This document shows positions 25,801 to 40,095 of a DNA stretch of 64,000 nucleotides, one piece after another (position 1 is the stretch's first letter; each line of letters begins with the position of its first letter). Location of the stretch: NCBI RefSeq assembly GCF_018977255.1, contig NW_024704761.1, positions 1,984,001 through 2,048,000 of the forward strand, written 5' to 3'. Source of the stretch: Callorhinchus milii (lineage: Eukaryota). The translations under genes were made by a program, and so were the position numbers. Under the pieces are notes generated by a model. The model was not told where the DNA came from. It was given only the letters and a program-made list of their open reading frames with translations, and did no database searches.

Positions 25801-28800
25801 AAGAATCGACGTGCATTGGGGCCTGTGGAAGTCCTGCTGGAGAACCCAAGGAACCCTGATCAGCTTCTCGTCGGATACAGCAGAGGCCTTGTCGTCCTGT
25901 GGGACTTGCAAAACAACCGAGCCACCCACCACTTCCTGGGAGATCAGGTACGCTCCCGACACATGGTCATTATAACTCTCAAGCGCTCTGGGACTCTACC
26001 CCACGTGAAGGGATCTATGTAATGTACAACAAAAAAAATCATTGTGTCCTATAAAGTGCCATTAGTGCAGTGTATCTTCCCCCCCCACCTTTGTTTCCTT
26101 TGAGTCTGGGCTTACAGTGAGTGTGTGCCTCATTCAGTTGATGTTAATCATGTGTTTGTATCCTGTTCACAGCAGCTGGATAGTGTGACCTGGCAGAGGG
26201 ATGGCCGGCAAATCGTCAGTTCTCACAGTGATGGCAGTTACTGTCAGTGGCCAGTATCAAGTAATGACAAACAGCCAGAGCCTTTGGAGAACAAAGTGCC
26301 TTATGGTGAGCATTGCCATCTCGTGATTGTAGAAATCCTGTGATAGTTATTTACAACAGACCTTTGCCATGGCAAGAACATTAAGTGTTGCACTCCATCC
26401 ACGAAGGAGTTAGCTTTCCAATTCCCATTGATTTTTTTCCCCCCAATGGTGGGGGAATTCTCTGTGATATCTACTCTGGTTGTGCTGCTTGAACTAAATG
26501 CAATCTTGTTGTTGTTGTTGGTTCATTTTGATTAAAAGCAGCACATGGTAACCTTTGGCCGCAGTCTCTGGGGTAATGCTGCTGAACTACAGGGAGAGTT
26601 ACTGGCGTGTAGAAGACAAAGTCCAGCATTGTGCAGGCCATCCACTTCAGTTCCTAAAGGTTTAGTGTAAATGTTCATCCTTTGGAGCTTTTTAAGAATG
26701 ACGAATGACCTCATCAGTCTCCCTAGTTCCAGCATCCATAAAGTCTGGCTAATCTAAACCTCCACAGCAGCACTAAAGCCCAGGCACCAATCGCCCTACT
26801 CTTCGCCATGCTCCACTGGCTCTCTGCCTTCCAGTGGATCAAGATTTCAAGGTTCTCCCTCTCATAAATCTCTTTACGCACTAATACCTCCCTATCTCTG
26901 AGATCCTCTCCTACCCCACTCCTCCGCTCGCTTGCTCCCTCTGCTCGGCTAGCTCTGGAATGCCACACTGCCTGCCGCTTCCAACCCACCATTGACTTGC
27001 CACTCCCCTAAGCTATGGTATTCCCTCTATCTCACCAACTTTCTATCTTTCTTTAAATCCTCTCTGTGAAAAAAAAGTTCCTAAGGTCATTTCTCTCTTT
27101 GTCTGACTCAATCATTGTGAAGCAATCCTGAGACCTTATCCTGTGTGAGGGGCACAATGTATGCATGCAAGTTGTTGAGGACAAGTCGTTCTAAAATACC
27201 GTCTGAAGCATTTTCATACGGCTGGCCAGTAAAACACCTGCAGTTTCTACTTGTGGGAGGGGATAAATCTGTTGGGTGCTTTCCACGAGCTGTTATTAAT
27301 GTCCAGCTGACAATCCCTGGCCTTTCCGAGTGCCTGGTTGCAGTCTATCGTACCTGGAATATTCTAGTAAAACCCTGTTTGCCATCTGCTGAAAGAGCTG
27401 GTTGTCATCTGTAGTGTGTCCCTATGTTCCTCTTCAGATACATGTAGTACAGAACACTTAATAAATGTTTTTCTTTCTCTCCTCCCTGTGTGTGCAGGTC
27501 CCTTCCCCTGCAAAGCCATTCCAAAGATTCTTTGGCTGTCCACCAAAAAAGGGTAAGTAGCTGCTGCCATGTACCGAGTTTTGTGTGTGTGCGTGTCCTC
27601 ACGAACATCTGTCTACACTCTACAACTCAAGTCCGTGTGCGCGTAAAATAAAATAAAAAATCTGGGTCTCATTTAGTACTGAATGTGAAAGAACTGCTCT
27701 GCTTGAAGGGTGCGGTACAACTGTTCCCAGTGGTTTACATAATAATAATAATAATCCTTGCATTTGATATAGCGCTTTTCACGTCGGGAGGACGTCCCAA
27801 AGCGCTTCACAGAACACACTGTAAAGTGAATTGACTGTATATTTGTGGGCGAACGCGGCAGCCAATTGCGCACAGCAATGTCCCACAAACAGTCGTAGAT
27901 TGAAAATGACCAATTTTTATTATTGTTTTTGGTTTTGAAGGGATTATTATTAGGCGTGTGGAGTAAGGAAACTTGCCCAAGATTTTGCCCTGCCTGGAAT
28001 TGAACTCGGGTCTCTCGCTTGCAAAGCGAGTGCTCTAACCACTGAGCTACAGGACTCCACAAATATACATATACATTTTGTTTCGTTTTCTCCAGGTCCC
28101 CGTTTATTATCTTCAAAGGAGGAATGCCCCGTGCCAGCTATGGTGACCGGCACAGTATTTCAGTCATACATGGCGCCAAACAGACAGCATTTGACTTCAC
28201 CTCTCGAGTGATTGATTTCTTTGTTGTTAATGAGGATGGACCTGATTCAGGTACGTAATCGCTTGTTAGTTTCTCTTAAGTTCACAATGTAATCAAAGGA
28301 TAAATTATATTTTACTAAATTGTGCATAAAGATGAAGCACACTTTGTGTCTCTTAGTTGTTCGTCAGTGTTTTTTTAAAAGCTTATAGTTGCTGGTTAGA
28401 CACACCCACAGACACACACACACACATACTCCAGCCTGGGACACATACTCTTGCCTCTTACAGTATAATATTGCACAAGGAACAATTCAACTGTGAATAC
28501 CTCTCTCCTTTTCTCTAAGCAGTTAACCTGTCGCAACAGCATTGCCATACCACAGGATGCTGTTTTGTTAAATTGGTTGCAGCCTGGGTAAACAATAGTG
28601 CTTTAACACTGAATCAGGGGCAGTATTCTGAACACCAACCCTGACACTCAGACATTAGGATGTGGCAGCTTCTACTGTTCGGTAAAGAGCCTGCAGTGTC
28701 GCACTAAACCCCTAAAATTAACACGTCTATGTTGGATGAGATAATTGCAGTTATCAGCACTTCCTCAACACAGATTGTGTTAATTACACAGTGTATTTCC

Positions 28801-31800
28801 TTTGAGTTAAATTTAATTTGTATACTTCTCACTGTGCTCCATATCTGTGTGATATACAATATGTGTGTGTGTATTTGTTTCTATGGAAACTTGCACTGCT
28901 GCAGGCCTCCTGAAATGAGCTGTATTGTTGTGGTGGGTAAAGTTTGGGCTCCACAACAGCTTGCGTGTATGTAGCGCCCTTCACGCAGGATAGGGTCCTG
29001 GAGCACTTAACAGTGGCGGAGTCTGATACCGAGCCAGGGGGAGAGGTGACCGTAAGCACGATCCAAAAGGCAGGATTTGAAAGTGGGGATGGGGCAGGGA
29101 AGAGGGAATGATGGAGTGTTCCAGAGTCCCTGACTGACCGACTGACTGCGCCTCTGTGCAGAGTGTGATGAGCCAAGCGCTCTGGCAGTTCTAGCGGAGG
29201 AAGAGCTGGTGGTCATTGATCTGAAGACTCCCTCATGGCCAGTGATTCAGCCGCCATACTTGATCCCTCTCCATTGTTCAGCCATTACCTGCTCCCATCA
29301 CGTCTCCAACATCCCCATCAAACTGTGGGAGAAAATCGTCGCTGCAGGGAGCAAGCAAAACACTCACTACTCGAACAAGGTAGGAACTCAAATCTTGTCG
29401 TCCCTTCTTTGTTCTCTGCTGTCCCTAGTGTGTTGGGGTGGGGGGGGGAAGGAGATTAGGTTGAATGATTGTCCCACTGTTGACAGTGACACTCTGAAGA
29501 TTGAGCACTTGACCAACATGCAGTCGTCACTAATGGCTGTGGAAATTGTGCTTTGAATAATTGTTGCCGTCTGAGCGAAAAAGAGGAAAGTATCAACTTA
29601 CTGTGTTCAGTGGACCTCTCCTGGTCATGTCCAAACCCTGCATCCCCATGACGCAAATATTAATTCACAGACTGATGCCTTTTAAAGGTTAGCTAAAGTG
29701 GGCTGTTCTGACCCCTTAAATGATTACAAAATATACAGTCGCTGCACTTTACAGTATATTCTTTGAGACGTCTCGAAGACGTGATACGGCGCTATAATCA
29801 AATCCGAGAATTATTGTGATTGGTTAATTGTTTTTGTCTTCACAGCCGTGGCCAATCAATGGTGGTAAAAGCATTGCCTCTGAGCCCCCTCAGAGAGACC
29901 TGCTGCTCACTGGGTAAGTGGGCCACCTTCATCACAGATCTTCCTCTTCACTTCTAAAGTTTGGCTTAATTTTCTTTAGAACTGTTCCAGTATTTATTGC
30001 AATAAATCAGAGTGTGGGGAATAAACATGTCCGCAAACTCGGGAGGCAAGGGGTGGAGAGGCACACCCAGATTTACAAAGATTGTTACCAGACCACGCTG
30101 GACACACCCAGCCGGAGATTTCCGTTTGGATTGGAATGCTGATTTTCGCTCCCTCTCGGAAGGACCCGCGCTACTTCCCTAATTCCAGAGCGCTAGGCGC
30201 AGGTTGACTAGAACCGAATGGGGTCTCCTTGGAGCTGAACTGGCTTCCAAGGTGACGTGTTTGTCGACGGAATGTCAGGATCGAGCCAGCCCTCCGAAGT
30301 GGTCTCGGCACTCTGGTTCCTGAGCCAGGCGAGTCCGCAGTATTGCTGATGACAGCACAGCCCAGCCTGGGTCATCGGCAGGACCAGTGAAGCTTTGAGA
30401 CATCCAAATGCAAGGAATATTATTTTCCAGGTTTTGCCGGATCCCACGTGTAATCATTTCTTTTCTGCTCTTCTCAGGCACGAAGACGGAACGGTGCGTT
30501 TCTGGGATGCATCGGGAGTCTGCCTGAAGCCGCTCTACAAACTGAGCACCGTGAGCGTGTTCCACACAGACGCCGATCACAACGACAACCTCAATCAGTC
30601 TGGGGAGGACGAGTGGCCCCCCTTGCGGAAGGTAAGGAGCCGGAAATAAATAACTGTTAAAAGTTTTGTCTGTTACATTGCGGGAGGCGTTAAAGGGTCC
30701 AGATGCCAGTCAGGCCAGGGACTTGGTTAGGCACCCGTTTGGTCGGACTGGTTTCACTGCAGTAGCAGTTGATGGAACAGGCCCGAATGGCAGCTAATCG
30801 TGGCTTTAATTGTTAACCCTTTGAATATTTAATCTGTTCTTCTGGACGCCATTGGAAATATCACATTTGCTGTGTGTGCATGTGCCTGTGACCTGTCGGC
30901 GGCTACAGGTCATGCTCTTGCTTTGCTCCGCTCTGCTTCACCTTCCCAGGCACAGAGCAGCGATGTCGTGAACTGTGGAAAATTCCATTCAGTGGCTACT
31001 TCCGTAACATCGCCCGACTCCGCCACTATCTCACCCCTCAGGCCGCTGAAACTTTTGTTCATGCCTTCATCACCTCCAGGCTCGACTATGCAAACGCCCT
31101 GCTTGTCGGCTTCCCAACTCCTCCCTCCACAGCTGCAGATAATCCAGAACTCTGCAGCCCGTGTCCTCTCCCGCACCAAACTCCGTGACACCATCTCCCC
31201 CACTCTCGTCCGACTCCATTGGCTCCCTATCCTTCAGAGGATCCAGTTCAAGATCCTGGTCCTCACCTACAAAGCCCTCCATGGCCTCGCCCCACCCTAC
31301 CTCTGCGACTTCCTAACCCCCTACCAACCCTCTCGCTCCCTCCGCTCAGCCGGCTCTGTGCTGGTCCACGTCCCCCAACCCCCCTGTCCCACCATTGACA
31401 GGAGAGCCTTCAGCCTCTTTGGCTCCAACCTCTGGAACTCCATCCCCCAATCACTCTGCCTCGCCCCTCCTTAGCCTCTTTCAAGTCCCACCTCAAGACA
31501 CTCCTCTTCGACCATGCCATCGGTCACCCCCCTTCCCCTCCCCTCCTTTCTCTTTTTCCCCCCCACCCCCAGCTCGGGTCTGAAATGCTGTACACTGTCC
31601 AGCGCCTTGGGACGTCCTCCCGACGTGAAAGGCGCTCTATAAATGGAATCTTGTTGTTGTTGTACACACATGTGTATTTTCCTTACCTGCTGATGCTGAT
31701 ATCTCCACAGGTCGGTTCCTTTGATCCGTACAGTGATGATCCCAGACTGGGAATCCAGAAGATTCATCTATGCAAGTACAGTGGTTACTTGACAGTGGCC

Positions 31801-34800
31801 GGGACAGCGGGGCAAGTACGTACTCCTCGCATTGCATACAGCGGCAGATACCCTGCTGGTTACACAGGCACATTGAGCGAGCACATTTCTAGGAGCTTGT
31901 GTGTGCACGTGTAGGTAATCTATATGCATGCACGCACACACACGTGCAGAGAAGACCTTCCCCTGTACAGTTAATGCAGCTGATATTTCCTAACTTGCTG
32001 AGCAAAGAGAGAACCAGCAACCTCACGTGTGATGGATAGTAAATTGGTCATTTTCAATCCACGACTGTTTGTGGGATATTGCTGTGCACAATTGGCTGCC
32101 GTGTTTCGCCCACAAATATACGGTCAATTCACTTTACAGCATATTCTGTGAAGCGCTTTGAGACGTCAAGAAGACGTGAAAAGCGCTATATCAAATGGAA
32201 GGATTATTATTATTATCCTGTAACCTTTTACTGTGTATCGCCTCCGGCAGGTTTTGGTGATGGAGCTGAACGACGAGCCAGTTGACCAGGAAGTGGCCTG
32301 TACAGTGGTGGACATCTTACAAGATCAGGACACCTTCAAGTGGAAAGGTCACGAGAGGCTGAACCCACACGATGACCCCGTTCACTTCCCCCCCGGTTTC
32401 CAGCCTTTCGTGCTGGTTCAGTGCCTACCTCCAGCCGTGGTTACCTCACTCGCTCTGCACTCCGAATGGAAACTGGTGACGTTTGGGACGAGTCATGGTT
32501 TTGGGCTCTTCGACTACCAGCAAAAGCGCACAGTCATGATCAGGTTGGTGTTGTCTGTTGTTGCAGGTGAGGAGTACAGAATCCTGGCATTTAACAGAGC
32601 GCCTTTCACATTAGGAGGATGTCTCAAAGCCCATCACAGGATATACTGTAAAATGTCGTGACTGTAATTTTTTTGTATGTTAACATTAAGGTGAACACGT
32701 AAGTGAAATATGTATCCCGTAGCACTGTATCCCTCCAATGTAACCTGTTTTATTCCCGGCTCTAGGTGTACACTGCACCCCAGTGATCAGCTGGCTCTGG
32801 AGGGACCCCTCTCCCGGGTAAAATCCATTAAGAAATCGCTGAGGCAGTCTTTCCGTCGTATCCGGGGAAGCCGAATGTCTGGGAGAAAGCGACCAGGGAT
32901 ACCTGGAAGCAATGCTGCAAAGGTACGAAAATTTACTGGGACTTGTAAAGGTTATCCAGGGACACGATTGAGATTGGTCTTTCACAAGGACCCCCAATGT
33001 GATCTGGTTCAGGACCCCCCCCCCCCCCCGATGCCTTAATCTGTCCCTAGTCTTTCAGATCTCCCTGTAGCTGAATGTACAGCACCTTGGGACGTCCTCC
33101 TGACGTGAAAGGCACTATACAAATGTAATTTGTTGTTCTACTGAGCCATGTCACCATCTGCTGGTATGTTGGCAGAAATACATTTAAGCACACGGACTCC
33201 TGCCATAGGATGAGTAACCACATTGAGGTGTTGTCACTATCAAAGGGATTGACTGGTTCACAGAATTTCTCGTATCCCGGGGTAGAAGATGACAGCTTGG
33301 CACTTTGGGGGATCGAGCTTTCCGGGTCACAAGAGGAAGAGTTGTTAATTGAAAATAGTTTGGATTTTGACACTAAAAGCAATTGCACCGTTCGGATATT
33401 TGCCACGGAAAATATTCCGGGCTGTTTCAGAGGGTGAAAGTCACGAGGAGCACAGTTTATACTGTAAAGCGATCAGGTGAGACTGGAATTTACCCTTGGC
33501 CCAAGGCTGTCTTGTGATTAACGTGAGTGTTTGTCTTTGTGGTTTAGGTGCAGGAGGCCAATGCAAGGCTGGGGCAGGAGGCACTGAATGAGATGGAGCT
33601 GGCCCCAGTGCAGCGCAGGATTGAGGCACGTTCCGCTGATGACTCCTTCACAGGATTTGTCCGGACACTTTATTTTGCTGATTCCTTTATAAGAGACGGT
33701 GAGAGAGAGGTTCTTCAACAACATTTACACTTTGAGCCTTTCATGTTGGGAGATAATCATAATAATAATCCTTGTGTTTGATATAGCGCTTTATCACAGC
33801 TTTGAGACGTCTCAAAGCGCTTCACAGAATATACTGTAAAGTAGAGCGACTGTAGATTATCTCGAAGTGCTTTAACGCAGGTTGGTAGAAGTACATTGTT
33901 GGTAGAGTAGGAGCCTCAGTTGGTGGGGGAGGAGGGAGAGGTAGCTGAAATCACAGAAAAGAGTTTGTTTCCAGCCACAAGTGAAAACAAAGAGAGAGGG
34001 AAGGGAGAGGTGAAGTGGGGGGGACTTCTTGACCGATTTCCAGCTCTTTGTGACATTTTTCTATGTGAAAAGCTGTATAAGTACACTTGGTTGGTTTTAT
34101 TCGGTAACTGTTTGGGTCCTGTGCGCTAATGTACATTCAATCTCTAACCTGAAGCTGCCATAACAGTAGTGTGTGTGTGTATTTTCTGCACAGCTTCCTC
34201 TCACTCTCACGGCCCATCATTGTGGGCTGGCACAAATGGTGGAACAATATTTGCGTATAGCATACACATTCCCCCAGTGGAGAGGAGGATGGAGGAGCCA
34301 GTAACTGCAGTCCAGGGTGAGTTTAAGTCACGTTAACTGTAACTGCAATACTTTCAATTTGCTGTTACAAAATTCAGTCTGAATGTGAACTCATTGGTAG
34401 CTCTGAGCTGTGCCCCGCATGGGAATAGAGATGCCACCCTCCCAGTGTCTGTGTGAGCAGAGGACACAAATGATGAGCTTGCGAACACATTTATTTTATT
34501 TCTGGTAGAAAATGTTCCTTAACAGCTAACATCACACCTTGTCAGTTTGAGGAGCTTAAAACCCTCGCCTCTGAAGTTCAGACGTGTTTGGCTTGCAAAC
34601 GAGCCTTTCAAATCCAACTGGGATACGAGGAAAGGGGAAAGAGTAGGGGGAGTGGGGACTGAGCGGGCAGCTCTTCCAAAGAGCTGGCATAGGCACAATG
34701 GGCCGAATGGCCTCCTTCTTTGCTGTAACATTGTATGATTCCTTTACTTGACTTCACAGCAAAGGAAATCCAGCTGATGCACAGAGCTCCTGTCATCGGC

Positions 34801-37800
34801 ATATTTATCCTGGACGGCCGAGGAGTTCCTCTCCCGGAACCTCTGGAAGCTTCACACGATCTCTCCAGGAGCCCAGACATGCACAGCAGCCACGTGCTGC
34901 TTGTTGTGTCCGAGGAGCAGTTTAAGGTAACGACCTCCCTGTTTGCCAGGTGATTTGGGTTGGAATACAAGCGGTCTGGGGCGCTGCCCTCCGTGAGGAG
35001 GAGGGCTGTATAAATGCAAGTTGTCGTCGTTGGATCTTGCTTGAACCTTTCACGATAACTGTTACCAGAAACGAAAGTAAATCAGTTGCGTATTTTCCTG
35101 TATTTGATTTTTTTTTAAAAAAATGGAATAGCGAGGAAAATATCACAATTGATTCCTTATTGAGAACAAACGGCTCAGATTATTGCCCTTTCTGTTCTAT
35201 TCCAGTAATTGTTTATTGTGGTGAAATGCTGCAGTGTGCGAGAGAGATAGAGAGAGAGATTTAAGAACTCGGTAACTTATGAGGAATTGTGGATGTGCCC
35301 AGTGCTTGGCTCTGCCTTTCACCGCTCACACCACCAGCTCACAGCGATTGACGTGTTTACAGTCACGTTCCTTTTTTCCCCTCGGTCACCTCCCTCTCCC
35401 CCTGGCTCGGGGTCAGACTCTGCCACTGTCGAGGGGCTCTGAGATGCTGCCCTGCGTGAAGGGCTCGATATAAATGCAAGTTGTTGGTGGCGGTGCTCTG
35501 CTCCGGCTGTAACTGGATTCCACTCTTGCCGACAGATATTCACGTTGCCGAAGGTCAGCACCAAACTGAAGTTGAAGCTGACGGCGGTGGAAGGTTCCCG
35601 TGTGAGGAGAGTGTCCGTGGCCAATTTCAACAGCAGCAAGACTGACGAGTACAGTGAGAACGGCCTCTTGGTTCTCACAAACCTCGGTGATGTCCAGGTG
35701 GTCTCTCTGCCCGCCCTCAAATCTCAGGTCCGCTACGAGTGTATCCGGAAAGAGGACGTCAGCGGGATTGCGTCCTGCGTGTTCACAAAGTCCGGACAAG
35801 GTGAGAGCTATGGCTCGTCGCTGTTGAAGTGAAGTTAATACTGGCAGCTTTAGTAGGGTGACGGCAGGAACCCACCCAGCTCCTTCACCGTCCAGAACTC
35901 CGCAGTCCGTGTCCTCTGCTACACCAGGCTCTGCGAGCCTATCGCCCCCACCCCCCATCCTCGCTCGGCTCCATCCAAATTGCTTCATAGCCTGGCCACA
36001 TCTTACCGCTGTCACCTCCCGCACCCAACTGTGCTGCCTGTTCCTTCTCTTCAGTGAACACTAGCCTGCTTTATTTCCCCCGCCTGATGCACCTCACCAT
36101 CGGTCTGCAAGCTTTCAACCATTCTACCCCCTCCTCGTCCTCAGTTGTTATATTGAACTCCCATTTAACACAGATCTGATATCTGCCTGTAGCTTCCTGT
36201 ACCTCTGGCCCAATGCCTCCTAATTCAGGAACATTCACTAGTCTGGCTGTACCTACCGTCACCATGACTAGAAATTTGACCCACTACAAAATGTGGTGGT
36301 TGTTTCTGTATTTTCAGGTTTTTACCTCATCTCCCCCTCTGAGTTTGAGAGGTTTTCAGTCTCTTCAAAGTGGGTGGTGGAGCCCAGGTCCATTATTGAG
36401 ACAGAGGGAACAGGGATCAGGCCTTTTCACCGGAAAAAAAGCCAGGATGGAGGCTCAACACATTCCAACTCCAGGTGAGGCTACTAAAGCACACAATCCA
36501 CTGTGTAGTATATTTCGCCTATAAAATATACAGTCGCTACACTTTACAGTATATTCTGTGAAGTGCTTTGAAACGTCTCGAAGACGTGATAAGGCGCTAT
36601 AATCAAATCCAAGGATTATTATTATTTTCAGGGACAAACAGCAGTAACAACTTGCATTTTATATAGCGCCGCTTCACTCAGGATAGTCTCTCGGAGCTTA
36701 AAACGAAAGCTTGAAAGGGGACCTTTGGGTTTATTCAGCAGATGGTTTTGCACTCTTGCCTCCGAGTCAGAGGGTTGTGAGTTCAAGGCATCGTGATTTT
36801 TGGGTCCATAGTTTTGATTGATGTTCTGTTGCAGCGCTGGGGAAAGTGCTGCATTGTCACTGAGGTGCCAACCTTCAGATGTTAAATTGGGGGCCTGTCT
36901 CCCTGTTCAGATGGATATTAAAGCTCCCACTGTTAGAAAAGGGAAAGGGGTTTCTCCTGGAGTCGTGGCCAGTCCCTCAGATAAAATTGATCATTCACTT
37001 CATAGCAGCCAATTGCGCACAGCAATGTCCCACAAACAGTCGTAGATTGAAAATGACCAATTTATTATTGTGGAGTCCTGTACCTCAGTGGTTAGAGCAC
37101 TCGCTTTGCAAGTGAGAGACCTGAGTTCAATTCCAGGCAGAGGGCCAAACCTTGGGCAAGTTTCCTTACTCCACACAGAGCCTAATAATAATCCCTCCAA
37201 AACCAAAAACAATAACAAATTGGTCATTTTCAATCTACAACGCTTTGTGGGACATTACTGTGCGCAATTGGCTGCCGCGTTCGCCCACAAATATACAGTC
37301 AATTCACTTTACAGTGTGTTCTGTGAAGCGCTTTGGGACGTCCTCCCGACGTGAAAAGCGCTATATCAAATGCAAGGATTATTATTATTATAGCTGTTTG
37401 TGGGGCGATGCTGTGCACGAAATTGGCTGCTGCAGTTCGATACACATAGTCTAAACACTTGGTACAAGCAAACAATCGTGTCTCACTCTCCATTCCTCAG
37501 GCCATTTAGTTGGATGATTGTGCCCACAGTACTGATACATTCAATGTGAATTGTGAACTCGCTTCCTGTTGATTCCTGTCTCAGTGATAAATTGGCTCAG
37601 GGCAGATCATGTTGACAACATTAATACTGATGACTGTTCATTTCCAGGGAGGCTCCACAGGCACGACAGCGCTGTGGATCCAACAGGAAAGATAGCGATG
37701 GAAGTGAGGGGGACGGTGAGTGGATCTGGCTGAGGGTATGCGTTGTGGCGGACGGGCAGAATTCCCATTGCCGGGAATGAGAACACAAATCTGAACATTT

Positions 37801-38916
37801 TGCATGTACCTGATGTCACCACATCATTCAAATCTAAATCAACATTTACCGACCGACGTACTTTGAATGGGGGTGGGAGGGGGTTCTTACGAGGGTAGAT
37901 TAATCTTTTCGGTCTCTTTTCCTTCCAGCAGGAAAGAAAGTCGGGATGATCATGGAACACGCTCTGCTCAACGACGAAAGTAAGTAACCCCGGCTCGGCT
38001 GAAACGCTAGGTTTCCATACAGCAAGGCTTCTGTCCGGCTAAAGATCCCCTTTGTGTTTGTCCAGGGATTCTACACGAGGTTCAGAGCACGCTGGAGTCG
38101 GAGTCTGCAGCACCTGACAGATTGTAGGTATCGCAGCTGGGTGGGGGAGGGTGGGAGTGGGTGGAGATGGGCATGAGAGGAGAGAGGTGGAGGGAAGGGT
38201 GGGAGGGGAACGAGGGTGGGGGAGCAGGGGAGGGAAGGGTGGGAGGGGAACGAGGGTGGGGGAGAGAGTGGAATGGCGAAGATTGTTATGCAAGAGTCTC
38301 CATTCAGAATATCTAATGGCCCAGGGCTCTGCCACTCTTGTGGTTAGCAGCTGAACATCCTGACCTACTGCCTTGTTGTTTGCAGGAGCTTCGGCTATTT
38401 GGACAGGAATTCAAAGAAAATGTCTGGAGCAGGCCAGCACCACGAACAAAGGCTGATTAATGGAGGTGGGTGTAAGGGACACGAAATGCCCTGGAAACCA
38501 TTAGCTCGCGGGTAGAGAGAGTGACTAAAATCGCTCCCCAACGAGCAGTCTCAAAGTGCTTTGCTCTTATCAGTGCCAACGCATCTCGTGGGGAGTGAGG
38601 GGAGACAGCAGCATCAGTAACATGCTCATCGGCACTGAGCTAATTCAGCTCCTTTACTCGGTTACACTACACGCGAGTGACATTAAATAACTATAGGGCC
38701 AGCGGCGTGCAATGGTGAGGGTGTTATTACCCTCAGTTGCTAATATTCTCACTTGAAGATCATTGAGTGCAGACGTGAAGATGTCAGCCGGCCTGAGGAG
38801 CGAACGATCGGACATCCCGTTGTTTATTTGCAATGTTAATTCACCCTTCGTTTAGACCGTCGCACCACTTAATCCTCACAAACGGGATCTTCGATCTTCT
38901 CTCCCGAACAGATTGA
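19832..38916 (+). CDS. LLGL2: Lethal(2) giant larvae homolog 2, about 1052 aa, 25 coding exons
   Basis: Exons: 19832-19906, 20757-20854, 23562-23643, 23861-23979, 25129-25287, 25785-25947, 26173-26305, 27498-27552, 28096-28250, 29162-29379, 29846-29913, 30478-30631, 31711-31815, 32251-32543, 32766-32922, 33548-33698, 34194-34316, 34760-34926, 35536-35800, 36318-36474, 37648-37715, 37929-37979, 38066-38123, 38386-38465, 38912-38916 (3159 nt, in frame). Starts [40 protein letters not shown]. Contains [30 protein letters not shown] and the aPKC site [19 protein letters not shown]. The last four exons are less certain. Confidence 0.96.
20230..20465 (-). mobile_element. L2-type LINE 3' fragment
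   Basis: Minus-strand translation [18 protein letters not shown]...LKTFLF is typical of the L2 ORF2 C-terminus. Confidence 0.75.
27741..28057 (-). mobile_element. tRNA-Ala-headed SINE, full length, young
   Basis: Near-identical to the copies at 37072, 49766 and 54780; A box TAGCTCAGTGG, B box GTTCAATTCC, (TTA)n tail. Confidence 0.93.
30990..31662 (+). mobile_element. L2-type LINE 3' fragment (RT C-terminus and 3' UTR)
   Basis: Translation [59 protein letters not shown]...RAFS...LWNSIP; ends 'gggacgtcctcccgacgtgaaaggcgctctataaatggaatc(ttg)n'. Confidence 0.92.
32040..32216 (+). mobile_element. 5'-truncated SINE copy
   Basis: 3' half of the SINE family with an (ATT)n tail, ending about 35 nt before the LLGL2 acceptor at 32250. 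Confidence 0.85.
37072..37391 (+). mobile_element. tRNA-Ala-headed SINE, full length
   Basis: GGAGTCCTGTACCTCAGTGGTTAGAGCACTCGCTTTGCAAGTGAGAGACCTGAGTTCAATTCC head and (ATT)n tail. It is preceded by an inverted fragment of the same family (about 37004-37069). Confidence 0.93.
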
Positions 38917-39546
38917 CGGTGACGGTTTTAGCGACGCTGACGGCAGCTCGTGTCACGCGCTCTGCCACAACACTACGAGTGGGGCTTCTGTCGGTGGGGA
39001 GGGAGCCGTGGAGAGAAGGCTCAGTGCCTGACTGACGAACGGACAGCTCGGAGAGACGCCAGCTCATTTTAGTGCCTAACTCACTATGCCCTGCTTCACC
39101 TTTCGATGGAATACTTCACTGGATCCTTTCCTCGGTTTTTCTATCTCTCTTTGCACAGTCACTAAACGTGATGGATTTTAATTCAAAATAACTGCCTGGG
39201 TGCAAATAGTTTTAAAATAGGGAAAACTTTATACTGCTGTAGAACTTTTTAAAAATGGTTTTAGACCTTTTCTTATGGGTGTTTCCAAACTTTTGAATGA
39301 AAGTGAAATGTAGAAATACTTTTTTTTTTAAAAAAATTACAGAACATTTAGTCAAATTTAATATATATGTATAATTTAGTTCCTGGTGGCTGCTGTAATT
39401 GTTTTACTGGTGAGGAAATATTTTGATACAAATGAGATGGTTTTAGTGAGTTTAAAAAGGTGCTCCTCCCGGGAGCCTATTTTTGTAGCCAATCACGTCA
39501 GTAGGAATCCTAATGAAAATCCACAACAAACACTACTCTACTGACC

Positions 39547-39552
39547 AATAAA
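39547..39552 (+). terminator. Candidate LLGL2 polyadenylation signal
   Basis: AATAAA immediately followed by ATTAAA, about 630 nt after the stop; GT-rich sequence follows. Confidence 0.65.
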
Positions 39553-39639
39553 TTAAACCATTTTCACATTGCGTGCGTGTTTGTGTGTGTGCGTGTGTGC
39601 GTGCGTGTCGTGTCACACGCAGGAAGTAACAGAAGAAGT

Positions 39640-39751
39640 AATAATAATAATCCTTGCATTTGATATAGCGCTTTTCACGTCGGGAGGACGTCCCAAAGCG
39701 CTTCACAGAACACACTGTAAAGTGAATTGACCGTATATTTGTGGGCGAACG
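39640..39751 (-). mobile_element. SINE 3' fragment
   Basis: Matches the 3' ~110 nt of the young SINE family. Confidence 0.85.
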
Positions 39752-40095
39752 CACTATAAGGATATAAGGCACTATATCCAATGCAAGTAGTATTATTATG
39801 TACCTACCGGTCTTGGGACAGCATCTGCAACCGCCTCTTCAACCACAAGGAGGCGTCACGATCCAAGCTAATGGTCCTCCCACCGGCACTCCCGAGCTCT
39901 GTGGGGCCGGGGCTCCGGGGGAAAGACGACAGGAACTCACGGGCTTCAGTGACCCACGGGCTGCAGAGCTCTGGGGGGGGACGGGCAGCGAGGGTGGCGG
40001 GTCACTGCCGGCCAACGAGCGATGAGCTCGTAACAACAGGCAACATACGGCAGAGGCCGGGAATCCCAAACAGAAACCCGAGTCGCCGGGAACAT

